Shown here: positions 12,939-24,081 of the stretch, piece by piece | Numbering within the stretch: the stretch's first letter is position 1 | Layout: each line of letters begins with the position of its first letter | Assembly: GCA_020891255.1 (NCBI GenBank) | Contig: BQFW01000007.1 | Span: 1,674,001 to 1,738,000 of the forward strand | Reading direction: 5' to 3' | DNA: 64,000 nt | Source: Entomortierella parvispora E1425 | Lineage: Eukaryota; Fungi; Mortierellomycota | The notes under the pieces: model-generated | The model's database searches: none | Told to the model about the DNA's origin: nothing | What the model saw: only the letters and a program-made list of their open reading frames with translations | Position numbers and translations under genes: made by a program

Positions 12939-15900
12939 CTACCATCGACCGGTCAACGTGGAGGGAGTCAACTTTTTATCTGAAGTTACCGGCTTTGGTG
13001 TGTAGGGGATCCATTCTCTTGGTGGAGTATACGATTGCTCTTTCTTCGGTGTTGGACTGTAAGCTCTCGATGATGTTTGATCGCGCGCCTTTGGCATCCC
13101 ATCATATGTCCGTGGCGCAAATCTCGACGCTGGCTTATCGTAAACTTTCGAGGCCTTTGACGCCGGAGCAAACGAGTTTGTTGGAGGATATTCCCTCGGC
13201 TTCGGGTCATTTGCCTTTGGTGGAACATAACTTTCACCGAACCTTGGGTGGAATACCTTGGGTGTAGGCTTCCCTGATGGCAATGGGTCGTATGGCAACG
13301 AGTCGGATGGCAACTGCGTCGATCGGGAATCCTTGGGGGCCGAACTAGTTCCCTTTGGTGCTGCCCGTTTTGGTGAATACCCATAGTTTGGTTCCCACGA
13401 CTCGGCTCTTGCCACGGATGTTGGGTCGCGCACCTCGGGTGTTGCAGGCATAAAAGTCTTTGTTGGTGAATCGCGCGCCCCAGATGTTCCATTGGCAGCT
13501 TTCTTCCAAGCTGGTCTATTGACTTTTGGGAACATATTGAATGTTTCCTTTGATGAGTCAACCGCCGCTGTCTTCAAATGATCGCTCACGAGAGATGTAG
13601 CTCGGGCATTTCCCTCCAATAGCGACAACGGACTATTCTTCGCACCCGACACTTTTTTAGAAGGAGTGGTTGATAGAGGCGCTGCGACATTGGGTGAGGT
13701 TGCAGTAGCCGGGGGTATGAGAGTTGTCGCTTTGGTTTGCTGATCCTCATTACTTTTAGAGACGGCCGCTTTTGATTCTTCCGAGGGTAGGCGAATAATC
13801 TCCGTTGTAGAGAAACATCCAGTGTTCATTTTGTGCAGCAAAGGATCCAGAGATCCTGAAGGCACCTTCAAGCGCGTTGGTGCTGCCTTTTGTTCAGCGT
13901 CTTCCAACGCCGTCGACTTATCGGAGGTCTTCATCGCTGGATTCAAATCTCCTGCCCAGGAATTTGGTCGAGCATTTTTTCCTTTGACTTCGTGCCATAT
14001 GTCCTCAGAGAAGGGTGACAGGGCCGGAGCAAAGGCCGGCTTTGACGCAGTCAGTTCTTTGAGTACGTTGTTGCTCGATGCTCTGGTTGTTTTTGCAGCA
14101 GCACTGGCCATTGCCTTTGCCATTGTATTCGCCGTGGTAACCGCTGCCGGTGCCACCACCTCGGATGCTACCGGCACCTGAGCAACCTCTGGCGCCGCAG
14201 CGATCTGTTCGACGGCCTCGGCCTTTTTAGTCTTTCGTTTCCTTGTTTTCGTTTTCGAAGCATTGACCTGCTCCATAAGGTCTTGGACAGTACCCAACGT
14301 GTCGTAAAACTCTGCCACGCGCGCATTGGTCTGGACCGCCTTCTCGTTAAAATTCAACACCTGAAGACCTGCAAGACTTGTCGCACGAGAGAGCGCCACA
14401 TAGCCCTGTCCTGCTTCAAAGATTTTGCCCATGTCGACTTTGACACGATCCATGGTTTGACCTTGAGATTTGTGAATACCTAAAAACAAAGCCGTTCGTT
14501 TGGGTTAGCAGTTTGATTCAAAGCGTCAATAAAAAAAGTAGTAAATCTCTGCAAAAGACTCTTACTCATGGCCCACGCAAGAATCAGGGGCACCTGCACT
14601 CTCGATCCAATGACTTCTCCATCGGGCTGCTCCATGCGCCATTCCTCGGGTCGGATGACCAGATCATCTTCTTCGCCGACAAATCGTACCACTGGAAAGT
14701 AGCTCGACACCCATTGTCCAGACGCCTCATCCATGGTCGTGTCCTCTTGAAAGCCCATAACGATGCCCATGGATCCGTTCACGAGTGTCGGTGACAGGTT
14801 CTTGATCAACATCACTTGGGCATCCACTTTTAGTTGCAGTTTTGAGGGCGCGGGCGAAAACTTGTGCATCCATTCAGCCATTGGACCCGAATCCTGAGGT
14901 TCGTATACATAACTGTCTCCAGGCAGAGCATCCAGTTGGCGATGATTCGATCTATCGACTTGATAGCGAAGTGCATAGAGTTCCGTAGCCTGGATTCCGT
15001 CGTCAGGATATTCTGGTGCGCGCTCGAGTTTCTTGAACATCTCACAAGTCTCAGGCGAAAGCTCTCCATGACGGACTTCTGTCAACATTTTGATAAACTG
15101 GGGATCACGTTGGCGAAACACTTCTGTAAGCTGCAGGGTGTGATGAATACATTTACTCCATGATTGTGAGTCAAAGCAGAGGGTTGCTTGCTTTGGAGGC
15201 TCTGGTGTTGGGGTGTCTGCCAAAAGTGGCTCATTCAAAACGTCGTCAAAGGATGTTGCCAGGTCGAAATCAGAAGCTGAAGGGTTTTTGATGATTGTTG
15301 TCGTTGTACGTGATGTTTGCGGTCGTGATAGTTGGCCGGGAGAAACAACTGTGGACGCCTCAGCTGGGTTTGGCTTGACAACTGTCTCCTTGACAACGGG
15401 TGGTAGCTGGAAGAAATCTCCAGTGAGGATCAGCTGTACATCCAGAAAACAAGTTTTGGGGTTAGTTTTTCAAGGGCCTCAAGATGCTTGAGTATCTTTC
15501 AAGGACGACTTGTGAGCCTTTGTACGTACCTGAATTCCTCCAAAAGGTTTATTACTCTTCTTCACTCTCCGAGCAATCTCCTCCAGCTTGTCGAAAAGTT
15601 CGCCATCAATCATAGAAACTAAATAATAGGGGAATCAAGTAAAGCAATTAGAAGTCGCTCCACTCAACATCTATCTTCCAAACGAATCGCTCATTAGATA
15701 CCAAAACAAAAGGACAGAAGGACTTACTCTCATCAATAATCAAAACTTTTGCCTTTCTCCAGCGCTTCCTTGCTTCCTTGTTCGCATCCAACTTGACCAT
15801 AAGCTGTTCCACCGTTCCATTGCCGAGTCCTACGCCTGCAAACGAATGTAGTGTGCACCCTCCAATATTACACGCTGCAATTCCTGTCGATGCCGTGACG

Positions 15901-16514
15901 GCCACGTTTCCGGGTCGATAGCTCTCCTTGAGCTCCTCGATCAACTGTCGCAACAAGACAGACTTTCCAGTACCAGCAGAGCCGGTGAAGAAGATGGACC
16001 TCTTTTTCTTGATAACCTGCTCCATCAGAAACTGCTGCTCTGCTGAAAGCACCACCTCTGGAGCAGCCTGGCCAGTGTTCCAGCCTTGAGGAGAAGATGC
16101 ATTCGCAATCGCATCGCTGGGTCTGGAAGGGTGTGGAGCCAGATCCAGGTCGTTGAGGGCAGCAGCAGCGGTCGAGTAGGCATGTTGGGTATGTCGTTGG
16201 AGAGCAACATTTCTGTGAGGACGAGTTGAGTGCAGAGCAGGCCGATGGTTGCGGTGGTGTATTTGTGATAAGGAATTGTTGCGGTGAGCTGACGCGACTG
16301 TGGGTTCAAAATTGGGAGTGATGCTGGTCGAAAAGGCGCCCTTCCTTGGTGTCAACTGGAGTCCCAACCCTTGAGGAGGAAGAATCCAGGGTGGACCCTG
16401 CGCCCGCAGACGAGTTCTGGTGAGGGTGCGCGCCTGGTGCCTGAGAATGAGCGAGTAAATGAAGGCACGGTCGAGGGTCGAGACCGCACCCGAGCAAGTG
16501 GATGCCATGGCCAT
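12939..16514 (-). CDS. PIF1: PIF1-family 5'-3' DNA helicase with mitochondrial-type presequence and long low-complexity C-tail, 4 exons
   Basis: [54 protein letters not shown] and YVALSRA motifs join in frame. Start ATG at 16514 is inferred. Confidence 0.95.
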
Positions 16515-16728
16515 GTTTGCTGTCAGGAGAAGGGATGTCAATGGTCTCCTCGGGGGTGTGTGCATGTGATGTGGCAAGCAACGGAATGAAGTGAAGGAGA
16601 GCGAGACGCAAGCAGGGCGAGGAATATCCATATTGAGCGAAAAAGGACAACAAGGAGAGACCGCAAGGGCAGTCACAGTCGTTCGCACAATGCATTGTTC
16701 ACGCAGTTTTATTAGGGGGAGAGTGCAA

Positions 16729-18637
16729 CTATTGCGTGTACAGCTTGGGTGTAATGGGGTGCGCTGTGCGATAGAGGTGGTCAATGTGGTTGGAGCACAG
16801 CAACGCAACCATCATAATTAGAAGCTGGACAGGGACCATGATGAACGCCGCCGATGAGGTGTTGGTCAGCAAGTCTTGTTGGTACTGAAGAAACAAACTC
16901 TCGCAGCTCGGAAGAGGCGCTCTTGGGAAACAATGAAGATCGTAAGAGGGGTAGTCTCCAAGGGATCTGTAGCCACAACAGGACAACTAAAGATTACAAA
17001 GAGCGGTGAGAAAGAAGAGGTAAAGAGGACAGACCAGAAAATGGATTAGAACAAACGAATTGGACCATGGCGCGATTAAAAAAAAAAAAAAAAATAGAAG
17101 CTTACCGCGTTTTGAATTACAAGTCTGTCGTCACGCGAGTATTCATTGATCCAAGAAAACTTGAGCTTTTGATACAATTGAACATGCAGTCTTCGATAGC
17201 AAATGTATCCAATCGACGTGATCAACGCAAACAGGGGCCAGAGTAGGATTGCATAGATCGTCAAGACCCTGCGACTTTGGCACAAGATTCCGAGGTAACC
17301 CACCACAGCTACAAAGATCCCGAACGGCGCAGTGACCATCATGACTAAAGCATAGACAAATTCAACTTTCTGTTAGCTTACACCCTGTTGTCATTCCTCC
17401 AAGAAGTATCAGACGAACTGCATCACTAAAGATACATACGATAGAGAAGTTTATGGTTGGCAATGTACATGATCCCAGAGTCCAAGTACGGCTTCGTCCA
17501 CGGTACACCTTTCCACGACATGACCATGACCACCGTGCTGGCAACCGAGTAGGCAAGAAGCTATTCCGAGGAAGAAATTAAAAAAAGGATACAGAATGAG
17601 GACATTGAACGCTCTGAAGTTGGTAAAGGATGTTTGGGAAAAGAAAGCGTGTAGTCCAGCTGCAATACTCACAAGCGTGTTCGCCAAGAGGAGCAAAAAC
17701 TTGCTCTTTGTCCACGTCCTGAGTTTATGTTTCTTCATGTAGGCTCGATCCTTATCCAGCTGTAACCGACCTTCATCTTGCCTGTTTTGTGCAGCTAAGG
17801 TCAAGACACTATTCCCAGCCGTATCTTGAGCGGACACGGGGTGACGGTGGCTCAATTGCTGATCCTTCTCTGTGTAGAGGAATACTGGGTTCGGTTGCGC
17901 GTAGATCTCGTTTAACGGCCTGTCTCCTCCCCCCCCTGCAAGCGAAGCCGAAAAAGGGGAATGCTGGAGAGAAGATCTAGAAGTCCTGTCGGGCTGTTGA
18001 GGTGGAGAAGAGGACTGCTCCTGAGATGTCAAGGGTTGGGATTGAGATGGCTTCCTTAGGATCGATGACGGGAAGAAAGAGGATAGTTTCTTGCTTGGTG
18101 GCGATGTGGGGGTAGGTTGCGATTGATTAGAGTTATTAGTGATGGGTGGAGCACTTAGGCCGGAGGCCGGGCGATGGTCTGCTGGCAAGCTCGAAGGAGG
18201 ATCTGCAACAATTTGGTCGAGGCCATGAGAGCTGCTGTTCTGACTGGTCAGGTTGATGATGGTGGTCGCAGCAGAGTTGGCAGAGAATGAGGAGGTTGGA
18301 TAGTGGTCTTGGAAGTTGCCGACGGGGCGGCGCAGCTCTTGCGAGGCGCGTGGACTGAGCTGTTGCGACTGCTGCCGGTGTTGTTGGTAATTGTAGCTGT
18401 CTGCATCAAAGTCGGGGTCAAACTGTGAGGCTCTGTTGAATGTGGACAGATGGAATTGGCACCAAGATATGTTATCGGAAGGGACACGAACACAAAGACA
18501 GGGTTAGAAACTGGTGGCGTTGGTCTGTGCCCTTTGGAATTGGAGCCTTTGGGCAGTTGCCGTTGCTCAGCCTAAAACAATGGTTACCTAATTTGCGCAG
18601 AGTATCTCTCGGCGGTAGAGTCCCTATTAGTTGCCAT
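16729..18637 (-). CDS. Fungal tetraspanin (Tsp2-like) with long disordered N-terminus, 5 exons
   Basis: Spliced model MATNRDST...KFLLLLANTL/LLAYSVASTVVMV.../LMMVTAPFG...IQNA/LSCCGY...C...C. It has four hydrophobic segments and a CCG motif in the large loop. Confidence 0.85.
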
Positions 18638-19696
18638 GGTAGAATGATTGTTCGAGTAGAAGGGAGACAGAGATGAATGAAGAATGAATGGCAATGAATG
18701 CTGAGGTGAATGCAATGCACTGATTCGAAAGAAAAAAAAAAAAAAAAAAGGAGAGAACAAGACGAAGAGCAAATGATGTCTGCAAGGGTATTTGTGCTAT
18801 GGTGTTTGTTTGACCTGCAGTCGGTGAACAAATAGTCGAGGGGATGCGAGGGGTGGGCTTGGCCCTGTACTTTGGTAGAATGAGCGAATGCGAGATCTGA
18901 GCAAGGCACCGGAGAGTGAGGATGAGAAAGGAAGGAGATACAGATTGGATATTGTATGGGCCTTGGTTATATAGATCAATTGTCCTTGCCTTTCCGTTTG
19001 CCACATACCACCCTTTCTATCTCTCTAATCTCTCGCTTCAACCTTCCTCCCTCTCATCATCCTCGGCCAAAAAAACTTGGCTTAGCTCGCAATTGTATGT
19101 TACAGCTCTGAAAAAAGGAAAAAGAAAAAGAAAAGAAAAAATCCACCTGAATGTTGAAGTCTAGCAAATCAAAAGGTTCGGCTTTGGCACGTCCTGGCCA
19201 AACGAGGAGCTTCCCCTCTTGGGCAACAGCCGAGAAGGGAGGTGTACCGTCCTGTCTCCTAGTACACTGATGCACGTCTCTAGAAGTAACCGGGAATGGC
19301 GCGACGGAGCCTCTCCCCTTAGGTTGACTCCTTTTTAACCTGGTAGCAAAGAATCCCCCTCCCTTCCCGAAAGTCCGTACCCCTCCTGAGCCTCTTCTCT
19401 CTTTGAGCCCCGTACAAACACACGCGCGTTCGTTATCTTGTCAGATAGGTCTCTCGCCACACGTGGGCGATGCCTTGGCCCTCGGTCCACCCTGCACACA
19501 ATCAAAAATAACGCGCTTACACACACACAAAAAAAAGTAGGGAGATCAATTTTGTTGATCCGCAACGTTTCTTGTTTTTCAGAGGCAATGGTCATGAATT
19601 TGTATTATGAGAAAATTAGGCCTGTTTTGAAAGAGGCGATGCAATATGGTATATGTACACTACGAGAGTTTGTTCGTTTGTCCTCTTCTTTTTTTT

Positions 19697-21329
19697 TTAC
19701 AGTTGAGTCTGGTTGGTGGCGGTGCGACGCATGTTCTCGCGTCTCAGACGAATCTCGGAGCGAGCCATGACCATGGTGATTACACCGGGGATGACGATCC
19801 AGGCAAGGACCACAAGCCAATTGATCCACATTTCCTCTCTCAAACTTCCAAAGTAGATGGAGCGAAGACCCTTGACACCGTAGGTGAATGGGAAAACGAT
19901 TCCAACACGGAAGAATCCAGGCATGACCGCCCAGTCCAAGATACCGCCCGAGGATGTAAACATGAGGATCATCAACATGGTGGCAGGTCCCTGGAATCCA
20001 TCCACAGTCAACAGGTGCGAGAGCAAGAAGAGGATCGAGATGAACGAGATGCCGACGAACCAAATGAAGAAGAAGGCAATGCCGGCGTTGAAGTGCTCCG
20101 ACATCTGGTGACCGCGCAAGACTTGAGGGACCATCCAGATGAAGATGGTATGGAGAAGCGAGAACATGATAGAAACGGTGTAACGAGCAAGAACGATGCG
20201 AAGAGCAGGGAACTTGGGGATCTGCTTTCGGCTAGCGGGAACATCGGGATCGTTGGGGCCAAAAGTCAAGACACCAACGGTTTCGATGGTGTTGGGAAGA
20301 TATTTGCAAATACTGTAAACGGCAAGCATGCTTCCGATATATAACACAATGAACTAAAGAGACAGAAAGGAAAGATCAGCGACTGGAGCTATTGGACATA
20401 CGACTTGAGCAACTGATAGGTAAGTACAAAGATAGGTAACTTACAACAACGTAGGTGGCAAAGTTCTGGCCATAAACGAGGACGGGGTTCATGACAGTCT
20501 CAGAGAAATGGATGGCCTGGACCCAGAGGACAGGGTACATGACCTGGAGCAAGGTCTGGTTGGCAGGCGAGGTCAAGAGCTGCTGTTCAAACGCCTTGGA
20601 CATGGCATCCATGGACTTTGACATGTACTTCTCAACGATCGAATGGGTGGCGTAACTGCGTCCCTGATCAAAAACGTACTCCATATCGACGACCTTGATG
20701 GATGCGGCAGTGGCAGGTCCAGCATTGGAAGGAGCGTAGGACAAAAAGTTGTTGGAAAAGTTGGAGGGCAGGTAGAGAAGGCCCCAAGATTTGCCCTTCT
20801 CGACGTGATCGATCAAAGAGTCGCGAGTCCATCCAGGTTCCTGGGACTTGTCGACCCAATTGACAACGTGGTTCAAAGCGCCGGTGGGGTCCATGATTTG
20901 CTTCTGAACAATGGCTCCCAGCGAGGCGTTCTGGGTGATAGACTGGAAAAGAGGGACCAATTGAGCGGGAGTTTGCGAATAATCGAAGCCAGCGTCTGCG
21001 TTGTAAAGGAGAATTTCGACGTTCTTGACTCGCGTCAAGGGGGACCAGAGTGCGCCGAGATACAACCAGATGTAGACAATCATCACAAATGAGGTGGCAG
21101 CCAACAACAGCCAGGCGTTCTTCTTCAAGAGATGAGGCAAGACAAAGAACTGAGGGAAGGACTCCTTGATCGACTGTTTGTGGGGGACAGTGTCAGAGTC
21201 GATCGAGGCATCAACAGCCCGCTGGTGTACTGGTGCTGTGGAAGAGACAGAGTGGCTGTCATCGTTGAGGGCGACAGGCCCCTTTTCAAGAGGTGTCATG
21301 TTGTATTGCTGAGTGTTTTCCTCGGCCAT
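19697..21329 (-). CDS. DUF3533/SNG1-like multi-pass membrane protein, 2 exons
   Basis: N-terminal TM (YIWLYLGALW), loop with DQGRSY, then about six TMs ending PGFFRVGIVFPFTYGV. One phase-0 intron joins TYVV to FIVLYIGS. Confidence 0.85.
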
Positions 21330-24081
21330 GGTGAGAGTAAGGTGAAAGGGAGAGTACGGGGTATAGATGAATCAACTGAAAAGGGGGGAGGAGGTAGGAT
21401 GTAAGGGGAGGAATGAATGACGCACTGAGAGACTGCAGTGGCTCAAACGAATAAAGACAGAACGGTGAAGGTGGAAAGATAAGTGGAGAGAGAAGAATGA
21501 AAAAAGCTGAGGGTGGGAAAAGACCCAGTGGTTTTATATCCATAAAATCATACCACGGCTATGATACAGCCGGAGCTGGGTCTGGAAATGAATAAGGCGA
21601 GACCCAGAAAGCATTTGTCATGTCATAGCTCACTCAGACAAGCGTTCAAATCGAGAAATTGGGCCGGCAAATGGACGGCAGGATGGTACAGGCGCAGGCA
21701 CAGCGGCACAAGCTGAGTTGGAGGCTGGACAGGGGCGGGCATCACCGGCCGTCGCGATCGCAAAATTTGCTATCCCCGCGGTAGCCGACAGGATATCTTA
21801 TTGCGGATAAGCAACGATGACCTGATTCAATGGGCGAGAGCACTCGAAAAAGAATTTTTCTGTTGCCTGGATCTACGCCGTGCAACAGGGGAGGTCGCCA
21901 CTCGCTCTGCGGTCTCAAAGCAAAAATTAAAATCAAATACAGACGCGATCGGAGACAGCGGTCTGTCCGCTCGGGTGTCGGCACTTTCTCGGTAAGTCAA
22001 ATGTCCCAATTGCCGTGCTGTCGACTTTCCTCTTATCCTTGATGGCGACGTCTTTTTTTGCTTTCCTTTCCTCTCGATTCTTGAAGAAGTATTGACCCGG
22101 ATCAGGTATTGCAAGCTGGCAACCTGTTTTCCATCGACTGCATACCTACAATGGTCTGCAATGTTTCCCCGAGGTCCGTAAAACTCGCTGCAAACTCCAT
22201 GAGAATACTATGATGTGCGGGCCGAAGCAGCAGTGTCATGACCCTCACCCCCATCTTGTATTCTGAAGTGGATTCAGCCACAATGAATTCTCTTTTTGAA
22301 ATAATATTGAACACTGTGAGGCGTTCTGTTATTTTGCTGAGTCGCAGGTTGTTGGAACCGTGGAGACAGTCCTCCACGTCCCAGATTCAGGGACCAGAGA
22401 TCTGAGATACGTGCATTGCCGTAATCACGCACAGCAGAATGAAGGGACTGTGTCCAGGTCCGTTGAAGTTTTTTTTTTTTTTTTTTTTTGTGAGCCAAAA
22501 AAGGGAAGTGAAAAAATAGAACATGTCTCATCATTACAGACAATCTACATGTGCAATTACAAAGAAAGGCTGTACTCATTTATAGAGGGTTTTCGAATTT
22601 GGGTCTTCACATGTCAGCGCGCTATCCCTTTGACCTTGACCCTTCTGCGCTCAGGGCAACAAGCCCAAAGGGCTGAGGTCGTCATAAAGAGCCAAACGTG
22701 TCTATTCGTACCACTTTGAGGCCTCGCTTCTCTTGCGCTAGAACACCCCTGGACCTCACTTTGCTGTGCTGTGATAACATTCACTTGGACGCCTTTGTCA
22801 TCACCACCGTTCCTCTGTTGTTGGGCCCGGTTGCTCGGCAAAGAATTTCATCTTTGTCATAAACATTGTGTGTGTCGCGTAACATTGCCATGCCTGTGCA
22901 ACGACTTGCTCGGGATGGAGACATCCGGATAGTGCCACTCTCATCCATGTCAGCGCGACTGGAGCTGACAGTTGCTCCAAACTGATAAATTGGTTTCTTG
23001 GCGATCCTATCCTTTTTATTTTCCGGAACCCATTGAGCAGCCGTGGTGAGAGGAGAGTTCTCCACATATTGCCTATTCTTGGTACGCCCAGGAACTTGTT
23101 CGGGTCATGCCATGGATCGAGGTAGAGTTTTCGACACGACAGCGTTCAAGGCTCCGTTCGTTCCATGATCATTTTCCATGGGATTAATCGACTGAGCCTG
23201 GCGCCCGATGTTTATTGCTCCTGGCTCCCTTTCACCTTCCCCAGAAAAGAAACTCTGGTGCTGCCTGATGACATATCATATGAGTCTGCGGCGTGCAACG
23301 GACGATGCCCTGTGGCATGCCTGCTCGTGTCAAAAGCGAACATTTCAAATGGCATGCAGACTTGGGCAGAATCCATTGGTGGAAAGTTCCCCAACCATTG
23401 CACATCTCGCTGGCAGCAAGCAGGACCTGGCAGTGGGCATGAAACAGAGTTGAGGGCGCCAAATAAGAAAGAGAGGGGGGAGTGCAGGAAGGGAGACAGG
23501 ATGAGAGACAGAGGGAAGAAGGACACGTTGGGCTCCGGCACTTTCATGTGTCTCTCTTGTGTGATTTTCTATCTCTGACCCGATGGAGCCAGCCAGGATC
23601 TTTGTCTCATCCTTCGTTGCCCGTTGCCTCTTCTTGCCTCGCTCTTCCTCTCTTTCCTCTCTTTCCTCTCTCTCTCTCTCTCTCCCTCTCCTTCACCTCC
23701 TCATTCCCGCTTCTGCAACTTCACCCCTCGCTCTTTCCCCCTCTCCTTCACCCCTTGTTCAACCGCTGCCTGCTTGGCTGTATCTACCCCACTCTCCTCG
23801 CCCACCGGCTCGCTCGTCCTCTTTGCCTCGCTCTAGTCCTGTGTGCTCGTCTGTAGGTGCTCCTGTCCACCCCATGAGAACCCCCTCCTTGGCTCGTACC
23901 GATTCTCTGATTCCCTGAATCGCTCCATCTTGCCCATCAGATCATCTAGGTGCCCTTTTGAGAGACCACCCCAAAAATCCCCCCTACTTGCCCTGTGCTC
24001 ACTTTTTTTTTTCTCCTTTTCTGCTTTTGATCCTTTCTCTTTCTTCTCAAGGACAATTCCACCAAAAGCGCTCCCGCGAGA

